Source of the DNA: Deinococcales bacterium
GTDB lineage: Bacteria; Deinococcota; Deinococci; Deinococcales; JAAFIG01
Reading direction: 5' to 3'
NCBI GenBank assembly: GCA_013298595.1
Contig: JAAFIG010000022.1
Span: 7,192-71,191 of the forward strand
Length of the DNA stretch: 64,000 bases
Shown one piece after another: positions 55,727-63,443 of the stretch. Made by a program: the position numbers and the translations under genes. Each line of letters opens with the position of its first letter. Position 1 is the stretch's first letter. Under the pieces are notes generated by a model, which did not search any database, was not told the DNA's origin, and saw only the letters and a program-made list of their open reading frames with translations.

Positions 55727-56991
55727 TGGCTCACCAACGCACTTTGCAGTGCAGCCTCGAGGGCTTGACCAAAATCGGTTTGTAAATCTTGTACATCCTC
55801 GAGTCCTACCGAAACCCGAATGGTTTCAGGAGCAACCCCTGCGGCGCGTTTACCCGCTTCGGGCAAACGCCCATGTGTGGTCGTCCACGGATGCACCACC
55901 ATTGTACGCGTATCGCCGAGGTTAGCTGCATGACGCACCAATCGTAAACTGCTGATAAAAGCGCTAGCACCAGCTTGTCCACCTTTGACACCAAAGGTTA
56001 AAACGGCTGGATGATGGCGCAAATATTTTTTGGCTAAATCATGATGCTCGTGACTGGCTCGGCTCGAGTGATTGACCCAAACCACCCCAGGATGCGTCTC
56101 GAGCCACGCAGCTAAATCGGCAGCATTGCTGCATTCTTTTTGTAAACGCACCGCCACGGTTTCTAAACCAAGATTGATTTGCCAAGCACTGGCAGGTGCC
56201 AGTGTCATACCCATTTGGTGCAAACCAATGAACCGTGCTCGAGTGATAAATGCCATTTCGCCAAGCCGAGCATTCCAACTTGTACCACTGGCATCAGGTT
56301 CGGAAAGTGTTGCACTGCTCGAGATAAATCCTTTACGAGCCAATACCGCACCACCCAGCACCGAACCATGCCCAGCTGCCCATTTGGTCAGGCTATGCAC
56401 CACCACATCGGCACCAAGCTCGAGCGGACGACACAAATACCCAACTGCACCCCAAGTGTTATCGACTACCAACGCAATACCAGCGGTTTTACAAACCGCA
56501 CTGATGGCAGCAAAATCCGGAATATCCCCAGCTGGATTACCAATTGTCTCGAGTAAAACAAGACGGGTATTGGTTTGAATCGCGGTTTGAATTTGCGTGG
56601 CATCGTTCGGTACCACACTCGAGGTGATACCAAAATTGGGTAGCACATTTCGTAACAAACCAAGGCTACCACCAAACAAACTACTGGTTGCCACAATATG
56701 ATCGCCAGCTTTACACAAATTAATCAAAGCCAGCAAAGTCGCTGCTTGCCCAGTTGCCGTGACAACACAGCCCGCAGCGTTCTCGAGCGCTGTTAAACGC
56801 ACCTCGAGTGCCTCTGTGGTTGGATTCTGCACTCGGGAGTATTGCAAACCCTCTACGCGCCCCTGAAAAACATCGGCAGCATTCTCGAGTGAATCAAATT
56901 CAAAGGTAGCTGTTTGCTGAATTGCCAAACCCACACCTTGCCCCTCAACTCGAGACAAACCAACATGCACCGCATTGGTATCAAATTCCAT
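55723..56991 (-). CDS. metY: O-acetylhomoserine/O-acetylserine sulfhydrylase-family PLP enzyme (MetY-like)
   Basis: It is a Cys/Met-metabolism PLP fold with the PLP lysine region VVHSLTKWAAGHG and DNTWG. Confidence 0.8.
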   Translation of the reverse strand: MEFDTNAVHVGLSRVEGQGVGLAIQQTATFEFDSLENAADVFQGRVEGLQYSRVQNPTTEALEVRLTALENAAGCVVTATGQAATLLALINLCKAGDHIVATSSLFGGSLGLLRNVLPNFGITSSVVPNDATQIQTAIQTNTRLVLLETIGNPAGDIPDFAAISAVCKTAGIALVVDNTWGAVGYLCRPLELGADVVVHSLTKWAAGHGSVLGGAVLARKGFISSSATLSEPDASGTSWNARLGEMAFITRARFIGLHQMGMTLAPASAWQINLGLETVAVRLQKECSNAADLAAWLETHPGVVWVNHSSRASHEHHDLAKKYLRHHPAVLTFGVKGGQAGASAFISSLRLVRHAANLGDTRTMVVHPWTTTHGRLPEAGKRAAGVAPETIRVSVGLEDVQDLQTDFGQALEAALQSALVSQ

Positions 56992-57236
56992 AAGTTCGAC
57001 CCCTTAGAAAACTCGGCAAAAAACTCCGATATAATATTGACGCGTTCAACCACCAAAAATCTCGAGCCAGACGAAAACCCGCGTTCAAAACGCGGGGCAA
57101 AACATTCGCATGGTCAAAAAATAATTCATCTCGGGATTGGTTGCTGCAACGGTCAATGCACCAGAACGCTTGCATTGCTCTGAATGCGTTCCCCAAAATG
57201 GGTTGGTTTTAGTGTGCCACTTGGTATACCAAAAGT
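56992..57236 (-). promoter_or_regulatory. Structured 5' leader of metY-metF with an internal intrinsic terminator (candidate riboswitch or attenuator, class unassigned)
   Basis: The untranslated leader is about 245 nt on the minus strand. Nested helices lie at 57130..57195 (GAACGC/GCGTTC enclosing GCATT/AATGC). The terminator is at 57070..57097. Confidence 0.5.
57070..57097 (-). terminator. Leader terminator hairpin upstream of metY
   Basis: The minus strand reads CCCGCGUU-UUG-AACGCGGG followed by UUUUCGUCU, about 80 nt before the metY ATG. Confidence 0.7.
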
Positions 57237-57262
57237 CAAGGTGCTGTACGTGGCACCTTTTT
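57231..57262. terminator. Hairpin terminator downstream of the iron ABC operon
   Basis: The stem is aaggtgc..gcacctt, flanked by an A-run and a T-run. Confidence 0.5.
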
Positions 57263-57391
57263 GTTCAAAAGTATATTGCCCTTAAATTTTAGATTTTGGA
57301 TATCAATGATTTTCCGTTCAACATGTGACAAAATTCTTATTTTTATCCAGTTTTTGAAATCAGGGTTTTGAAGCGTATCACAAAAGCATAT

Positions 57392-58390
57392 TTAACGAAT
57401 CCGCCGTGCTAAATAGACAAAAAACGGTGCGCCAATCGCGGTAATTAAAATTCCCACAGGAGTCTCGAGTGGCATATCCACAACCCTCGCACCAACGTCC
57501 GCGAGTAACAAAATACTCGAGCCAATTAGCGCCGACATTGGTATCACCAAGCGGTTATCTACCCCGACCAAGCCCCGAGCCAAATGCGGCGACATCAAAC
57601 CCAAGAAACCAATCGGACCTGCCACACTGGTGGCGGCACTGGCAAGCAACACCGCAATTCCAGCCAAACCAAAGCGAGCCAGATTGACATTGACTCCGAG
57701 TCCTCTGGCAACATCCTCACCGAGCGAAACCAGATTGAGCAATTGGCTCGAGAGTAATGCCAGCAACACACCAATCATAAACCACGGCACGATGCTCAAA
57801 ACATGATCCCATGTGCGTCCAGCCAAACTGCCTGCTAAACTAAAAATGGCGGCTCGGGCGCGTTCTTCAAACAGAATTTGAATCCCATTGGTTAGGGCAG
57901 CCAACATTGCTCCCACAGCAATACCCGCCAATGCCAAACGCACAGGGGTGATCCCGACCGCCGCCGTCACCCCAAAGGTCAGGGCAGCAGCGCCCACCCC
58001 ACCGAGAAACGCCATCAGGATGGACAACTCAGATGGCAAACCAGGAAAAAAAACAATGCCAACCAGAATGCCCAGTGCCGCTCCAGCATTGACCCCAAGA
58101 ATCCCTGGTCCTGCCAGCGGATTACGCGTCACACCTTGCAGTAGTGCAGCACTGATTGCCAAGCTCGAGCCAACCATCAGCGCAATCACAGCCCTTGGTA
58201 AACGCAGGGTTTGCACAATTAAACTATTGGTGCTGTTATCAGGATTAAACACCAAATGCCAAACCTCGAGCAGAGGAATACTGGCTGCACCCACAGAAAT
58301 TGAAAGCAAAAAAGCAAAAAGCAAAACACCCAGTAGAAGCGGAAAAATCAACCATGTCCAGCGTGTTCTCGAGACTTGGGATTTGGTCAT
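57392..58390 (-). CDS. FecCD-family iron-siderophore ABC permease
   Basis: FecCD hallmarks are LRLPRAVIALMVGSSLAISAALLQGVTRNPLAGPGILGVNAGA and GAPFFVYLARR. Confidence 0.9.
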   Translation of the reverse strand: MTKSQVSRTRWTWLIFPLLLGVLLFAFLLSISVGAASIPLLEVWHLVFNPDNSTNSLIVQTLRLPRAVIALMVGSSLAISAALLQGVTRNPLAGPGILGVNAGAALGILVGIVFFPGLPSELSILMAFLGGVGAAALTFGVTAAVGITPVRLALAGIAVGAMLAALTNGIQILFEERARAAIFSLAGSLAGRTWDHVLSIVPWFMIGVLLALLSSQLLNLVSLGEDVARGLGVNVNLARFGLAGIAVLLASAATSVAGPIGFLGLMSPHLARGLVGVDNRLVIPMSALIGSSILLLADVGARVVDMPLETPVGILITAIGAPFFVYLARRIR

Positions 58391-59175
58391 TTTTTAACTG
58401 CCAATGCAAAAGGAATCACATGGGGTTTGCCATTGCTCGGGTCAAGAATCAAATGTGCTTCGATACCAAAAACATCTCGCATGACCTGATTGGTCAGCAC
58501 CAACTCGGGTGTGTTCTGTGCCATGATCTGACCGTTCTGCACTGCAATTAATTGATGGCTATACCGAGCAGCTTGGTTAAGGTCGTGCAGCACCATCACC
58601 ACAGTTTTACCGGTTTTGGTGTTCAGTTCTTCGAGCAGGTGCAACACCTCGAGTTGATGCTTCATATCCAAGTACGTGGTTGGTTCGTCTAGCAAAAGTA
58701 TTGGTGTGTCCTGAGCTAAACTCATGGCAATCCAAGCCCGTTGCCGTTGCCCACCCGATAGTGTCTCGAGCGAACGGGTTCTGAATTCGGTCATTTTGGT
58801 TTGCTCGAGGGCTTGTTCGATGGCGGTGTTGTCTTCGACATTGGGTTGTTGTAAAAATTTTTGGTGCGGATAACGTCCGAAACGCACCAAGGCTTCAACC
58901 GTAATGCCTTCGGGGGCAGTTGGCGTTTGTGGCAAAATCGCCAGTTGTTGTGCCACTATTTTGCTGGGCAGAGTGTGAATCGCTTTGCCATCTAGCAGCA
59001 CCGTGCCCATTTTGGGTTTTAAGAGCCGTGCAATTGAACGCAATATCGTGCTTTTACCACACCCATTTGAACCGATAATCGTGGTGATTTTTCCCATCTC
59101 GAGGGTTAGGTTTAAGTCCTCGACAATGATTTTGTCGTCATAACCTAGGCTTAAATGCTGCGTCTCGAGTTTCAT
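58387..59175 (-). CDS. Iron-siderophore ABC transporter ATP-binding protein (FepC/FecE-like)
   Basis: It has Walker A (GSNGCGKST), the signature LSGGQRQRAWIA, and Walker B (ILLLDEPTTYLD). Confidence 0.9.
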   Translation of the reverse strand: MKLETQHLSLGYDDKIIVEDLNLTLEMGKITTIIGSNGCGKSTILRSIARLLKPKMGTVLLDGKAIHTLPSKIVAQQLAILPQTPTAPEGITVEALVRFGRYPHQKFLQQPNVEDNTAIEQALEQTKMTEFRTRSLETLSGGQRQRAWIAMSLAQDTPILLLDEPTTYLDMKHQLEVLHLLEELNTKTGKTVVMVLHDLNQAARYSHQLIAVQNGQIMAQNTPELVLTNQVMRDVFGIEAHLILDPSNGKPHVIPFALAVKK

Positions 59176-59197
59176 CGGATACTCCAGTGACCGTATT

Positions 59198-60205
59198 TCA
59201 TGAAATTCTACCTTGTTGGCGCATTAAAAAAAGAAAATATGGCGCTCCGATTAAAGTGGTGAGGATACCAGCAGGCACTTCTATCGGCGGAATCAACCCG
59301 CGTCCAAGCGCATCGGCACAGACCACCAGAATTGCCCCAAGTAAACCACTGGTTGGAATTAAAAACACGTGACTCGAGCCGACCAAAAGCCGAGCCGCGT
59401 GTGGTGCGAGCAAACCCACAAATCCCAACACCCCAACCCCAGTTACAGCCGCCGCCGCCAGTGCCACTGCCACGCTCATACACACCACTCGAGCCAGCAT
59501 TAAACGCATTCCCAAGCCACTAGCGACATCATCGGAGAATGCCAAGACATCGAGTTTATAAGCTAAAAACCATGCCACAGGCAGCAACGCCAACCACGGC
59601 AACAAACGCTCAACTCGAGACCAATCCGCGCCGTAAACCGTGCCAGCCAAAAAAGTTAATGCCCGTCCAATGTCGTCCGGAGCGCGAACCAAAATCAGTT
59701 GTTGCACTGCACCCAAAGCTGCTCCAACAGCAATGCCAATCAAGGCAACGCGCACAGGTGCAATTTCATTGTTTTTTTGGGCAAGCAACAGCACCAGTGC
59801 AAAACCAAGCCACGCGCCAATAAATGCCCCAACGGGCAAGAACCAACTTGGAGCGCTTGGCAGTAAAATCAGGGTGATGACCGCAAAAACCCCTGCGCCC
59901 GCTCCGACCCCCACAAGGTCAGGGCTTGCCAGTGGATTACGCACCACACCTTGTAAAACTGCTCCTGATACTGCAAATAATGCACCACAAATCAGGGCAA
60001 CCAGAATTCGTGGCAATCGTAATTCTTGAATAATTCGGGCATTCAAGCTACCAGACGAATCAAACAACGCTGTGATGACCTCGAGTGGGGCAATCCGAAT
60101 TGCTCCAATACCAATCGAAACAATGCTACAAATCACTGTTATCAGCAGCAGCAACCCTATGATTGTGGCTCGAGCCAATGGTTTTTTTGGTCTGGCAATC
60201 AACAC
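59198..60205 (-). CDS. FecCD-family iron-siderophore ABC permease
   Basis: Hallmarks are LRLPRILVALICGALFAVSGAVLQGVVRNPLASPDLVGVGAGA and GAPYFLFLMRQ. Confidence 0.9.
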   Translation of the reverse strand: MLIARPKKPLARATIIGLLLLITVICSIVSIGIGAIRIAPLEVITALFDSSGSLNARIIQELRLPRILVALICGALFAVSGAVLQGVVRNPLASPDLVGVGAGAGVFAVITLILLPSAPSWFLPVGAFIGAWLGFALVLLLAQKNNEIAPVRVALIGIAVGAALGAVQQLILVRAPDDIGRALTFLAGTVYGADWSRVERLLPWLALLPVAWFLAYKLDVLAFSDDVASGLGMRLMLARVVCMSVAVALAAAAVTGVGVLGFVGLLAPHAARLLVGSSHVFLIPTSGLLGAILVVCADALGRGLIPPIEVPAGILTTLIGAPYFLFLMRQQGRIS

Positions 60206-60285
60206 AAATAATCCCTCGGTACATCATTGCATGGTTATTAAGGTTTGTTGACTACACAAAACCATAAACGCCATTAGCGAATTGA

Positions 60286-60651
60286 TTAAACTTCCTGCCA
60301 TACAACGATTTCCTCGAGTGCAATATGCGTGCGCGGTTGCGGATTGGCTTTTGGGTAGCCCATAAAGTAAAAACCAAGCAATTTATTCGGTGCTGCCCAA
60401 CCAAAATGCTTGGCGAGTTCTGGGTGTGTCCAAACTGCCCCACTTTTCCAGAGCGCTCCTAAACCTTGGGCTTGTGCCATCAGGTGAATGTTCTGGGCTG
60501 CCATGCTGACGGCTGCGAGTTCTTCCCACTCGGGCATGGGTTTTTCTTGGCGCGGGGTAAATCCAATGGCAATCCAAACGGGTGCATTGAGAATCAGGTT
60601 TCGGATGGCTTCAAGACTTTTTTCGGTTGGGTTTTGATGAATCAAAGGCAC
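60286..60651 (-). CDS. Nitroreductase-family protein, apparently N-terminally truncated (possible gene remnant)
   Basis: The 121 aa match only the C-terminal two-thirds of the fold (APVWIAIGF...AAQNIHLMAQAQGLGALW...FYFMGYP). The N-terminal FMN-binding RRS.R segment is absent, and only 64 nt separate this gene from the methyltransferase gene. Confidence 0.55.
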   Translation of the reverse strand: MPLIHQNPTEKSLEAIRNLILNAPVWIAIGFTPRQEKPMPEWEELAAVSMAAQNIHLMAQAQGLGALWKSGAVWTHPELAKHFGWAAPNKLLGFYFMGYPKANPQPRTHIALEEIVVWQEV

Positions 60652-60715
60652 AACGTTGGCAAAAACCTATTTGGCTTTCCAATGCTTTATGAAGTAATAA
60701 TGGTAACATTCTGTT

Positions 60716-61846
60716 ATGCCCGAAGTTGTATTGCCTTTATTCCCAGATTTTCAGCTTTCAAATGCCACGCATTTCCGATTTGCTGATATTTTCGCTGGCA
60801 TTGGCGGAATGCGCTTGGGTTTTGAAGCGACTGGTGGGCAATGCGTTTTTTCATCAGAATGGGATGTATATTCCCAAAAAACCTATTTTGCCAATCATAG
60901 TGATTACCCCAAAGGCGACATCACCCAAATTCCCTCGAGTGAAATCCCAGATTTTGATGTGTTACTGGCAGGTTTTCCATGCCAACCATTTAGCAGCATT
61001 GGTTTACGCCAAGGCTTTTTACACCAAACCCAAGGCACATTGTTTTACGAAATTGCCCGTATTCTCAAAGATAAAAAACCACTTGCATTCTTGCTCGAGA
61101 ATGTCAAAGGTTTACTCAGCCACAATAACGGCGAAACCATGCAAATTATTCTCGAGACACTCAGCGAATTGGGTTACACCGTGCAACACCAAGTGCTGGA
61201 TGCCTCGGAATTTGGCGTACCCCAAAAACGCGAACGCATTTACATTGTCGGCTATAGAACAACAGCTTTCCTCGAGAAACCACAATTTAGCTTTCCCAAA
61301 GCCACAAAAACCGATGTCTACATTGGGCAATTTATTGAATCCAATGTGACAGGTTACGAAATTTCCGAGCATTTACAAAAAACCTATATCTTCAAAAAAG
61401 ACGATGGCAAACCCGCCATTGTTTCACCAGACTCGAGCATCCAAATCAAAACCCAAGTGGCTTCGTATCATAAAATTCAACGCTTAACTGGCACTTTTGT
61501 ACGCGATAGCAAAACAGGTTTACGATTACTAACCGAAAACGAATGCAAAGCCATCATGGGATTCCCAAAGCATTTTGTATTCCCAGTCTCGAGAACCCAA
61601 ATGTACCGACAGATTGGGAATTCGGTAGCTGTACCCGTGATTATAGAAATTGCTCAAGCTACGCGAAAACAGATTATTGGAAAAAACGTGAACAAAAAAT
61701 TATTGATAGAAAGGGCAAACACGAGGTTTGCCCCTACGAAAACACAATCCAAAAAAGAATTTTTACATGTAGGGGCGATGCTTGTCATCGCCCTGCTTTT
61801 ACATCCAATGCAATGGTCTACCCTTGCCCACGCGGTACTCGCATGA
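60716..61846 (+). CDS. DNA (cytosine-5)-methyltransferase, with no adjacent restriction gene
   Basis: Motif I is FADIFAGIGGMRLGFE, motif IV GFPCQPFS, motif VI FLLENVKGL, motif VIII PQKRERIYIVG and motif X RQIGNSVAVPV. The last ~45 codons read through two REP hairpins. Confidence 0.9.
   Translation: MPEVVLPLFPDFQLSNATHFRFADIFAGIGGMRLGFEATGGQCVFSSEWDVYSQKTYFANHSDYPKGDITQIPSSEIPDFDVLLAGFPCQPFSSIGLRQGFLHQTQGTLFYEIARILKDKKPLAFLLENVKGLLSHNNGETMQIILETLSELGYTVQHQVLDASEFGVPQKRERIYIVGYRTTAFLEKPQFSFPKATKTDVYIGQFIESNVTGYEISEHLQKTYIFKKDDGKPAIVSPDSSIQIKTQVASYHKIQRLTGTFVRDSKTGLRLLTENECKAIMGFPKHFVFPVSRTQMYRQIGNSVAVPVIIEIAQATRKQIIGKNVNKKLLIERANTRFAPTKTQSKKEFLHVGAMLVIALLLHPMQWSTLAHAVLA
61713..61793. repeat. 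Convergent pair of REP-like hairpins inside the 3' end of the methyltransferase ORF
   Basis: Position 61713..61737 is gggcaaacacgaggtttgcccctac (minus orientation). Position 61769..61793 is gtaggggcgatgcttgtcatcgccc (plus orientation). The architecture matches 4448..4515. Confidence 0.8.
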
Positions 61847-63054
61847 ATCCGATTCTTTCTAAACCCCAAACCCTCGAGTTATTCGCTGCGCCGGGTTGTC
61901 TCGAGGAAGCTTCGCTCGAAGTTGAAGCCATTGTTGCCAATCCGTGGAAGCCTTTAAAATTTGCCCCGCGTGTTGAATTACAAAAAGGTTTTGTGCGGGT
62001 GAAAAATGCCTCATGGGATTTTGCTTGTGAGCTGGCGGCGAGGTGCAGCACGTTGCACGATGTGCGCTTGATGTTTCCTGCGGCTCGAGTACATGGTTGG
62101 AATGATTTACCTCGGGTTTTGCAGCGCTTACCGTGGGGGGTGTTGCTGCCCGAATTTGAACCGCTCGAGTTTCGTTGTGAGGCGTTTGCAGGTGTGATGC
62201 CACACGCGGCTCGAATGACTAAAATTGCCGAGGAATTATTTGTTGAAAATGGTTTTGTGCTGTCTGCCGATGAACCGCATACCAAAATTTATCTAACCTC
62301 GAGTGGCGATTACTTACGAGTCGCGGTGAGTCTTGGCAACGATGCTTTGCATAAACGCGGTTGGCGTGCCAGCACTGGCACGCTGGCAACGCTGCGTGAA
62401 GATATTGCTAGTGCGGCATTGCAACGCTTAGCCGCGTTTGAACCTCGAGTCCGTGAAACAACGCAAATTGCTGTGCCTTTCGCAGGCAGTGGCACTTTGG
62501 GTATCGAAGCGTGGCATAGTTTATTTGGATTACCACCAAGTATTTGGGCAGCTGAACGCCCGTGGCATCGTCTGAGCATGCCGAGCGCTGCAACCCTCGA
62601 GTGGTGGCAGAAACGCAGTCGTAAAGCTGCCGATGCTACTAACTTGCCCGAAATTGTTTTTCTGGAAAATAATGCCGAGCAAATTAAAGAACTCGAGCGC
62701 AACACAAAAAAAGTTCGGAGTATCCTCGAGTCGGCTCAGATTTCGGTGATTCATGCCGATGCGTTTAGTACCAATTTTCTGGCTCGAGATGGCATTGTTT
62801 TGCTGCCATTACACCCGCCGTATGGGTTGCGTTTAGATACCCAAGAAGAAAACCCCGAAACCTTATTTGCTCGGCTTGGAAAAAGTGTTCAAGCATGGCA
62901 ACTCGAGTCAAACATCATTGGTTTTTGTTTGTGCCCTAGCGAAGCAGCATGGCGAGCATTCAAGAATACTCTCGAGGGAATGCGGGTACAAACCACGCAT
63001 TTAACCCAAGGTGGATTGGATATTCGCTTGTGCTGTTTTACAAACTTAGTCTAA
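61843..63054 (+). CDS. THUMP-domain class I SAM-dependent RNA methyltransferase (UPF0020/RlmL-like)
   Basis: Motifs are LHKRGWRASTGTLATLREDIASAAL, motif I VPFAGSGTLGIEA, and motif IV LHPPYGLR. The ATG overlaps the upstream TGA (ATGA at 61843..61846). Confidence 0.75.
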   Translation: MNPILSKPQTLELFAAPGCLEEASLEVEAIVANPWKPLKFAPRVELQKGFVRVKNASWDFACELAARCSTLHDVRLMFPAARVHGWNDLPRVLQRLPWGVLLPEFEPLEFRCEAFAGVMPHAARMTKIAEELFVENGFVLSADEPHTKIYLTSSGDYLRVAVSLGNDALHKRGWRASTGTLATLREDIASAALQRLAAFEPRVRETTQIAVPFAGSGTLGIEAWHSLFGLPPSIWAAERPWHRLSMPSAATLEWWQKRSRKAADATNLPEIVFLENNAEQIKELERNTKKVRSILESAQISVIHADAFSTNFLARDGIVLLPLHPPYGLRLDTQEENPETLFARLGKSVQAWQLESNIIGFCLCPSEAAWRAFKNTLEGMRVQTTHLTQGGLDIRLCCFTNLV

Positions 63055-63121
63055 GAATCTACCTTCTTCTTGTATCAGAAATCACAATAAACTTGAGTCT
63101 ACTTGTGTTAGATTATGCAAC

Positions 63122-63367
63122 ATGGAACAGAACTTCTCGGAGATTATGAAACAACTCAAAGCCCAACATGCCGAAAACCTGCAACAAATGCCATTGCCAC
63201 CCGGAGTAGAAGACTTCCTCAAAGCCAAAATCCTCGAGCAGGATGTGGAAACAGTAACATTTATGCTTAAACTTGCATGGGTTTTTGGAGCACAAGCAGG
63301 GCAGCAAGCTGTGGCTCAAGCGCAAGTGCTCGAGACTCAACCTCGTAAAAAGCGTATTGAAGCGTAA
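63122..63367 (+). CDS. Hypothetical small protein (81 aa)
   Basis: It is a clean ORF followed by a strong hairpin. I recognised no family. Confidence 0.4.
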   Translation: MEQNFSEIMKQLKAQHAENLQQMPLPPGVEDFLKAKILEQDVETVTFMLKLAWVFGAQAGQQAVAQAQVLETQPRKKRIEA

Positions 63368-63395
63368 ACTCGAGTAGAACAACAGGATAAAAAAT

Positions 63396-63430
63396 AAGAA
63401 GTGCTCGAGGTATTCCCTCGAGCACTTCTT
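63396..63430. terminator. 15-bp-stem hairpin between convergent genes (contains two CTCGAG copies)
   Basis: The sequence is aagaagtgctcgagg-tattc-cctcgagcacttctt. Confidence 0.7.
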
Positions 63431-63443
63431 TGCTGGTAAAAGT

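Noticed and set aside
57100-57200. Calling the metY leader a SAM-I, SAM-IV or SAM-II riboswitch.
   Set aside because: I could not place the conserved SAM-I/IV core elements in the right order, and there is no SAM-II-like pseudoknot consensus. I keep only the generic call of a leader with a terminator.
54165-60029. Plus-strand ORFs at 54165..54653, 55338..55925, 56072..56578, 57888..58397 and 59640..60029.
   Set aside because: All are antisense to well-supported minus-strand genes (the APH kinase, metF, metY and the FecCD permeases). All have the skewed Pro/Arg/Thr/Ala composition of shadow frames.
61543-61842. The upstream extension of the THUMP methylase ORF (track start 61543), and the alternative-frame ORF 60726..61349.
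   Set aside because: Both overlap the methyltransferase gene, which has all its motifs in its own frame. The THUMP-family similarity starts at the ATG at 61843 (ATGA junction).
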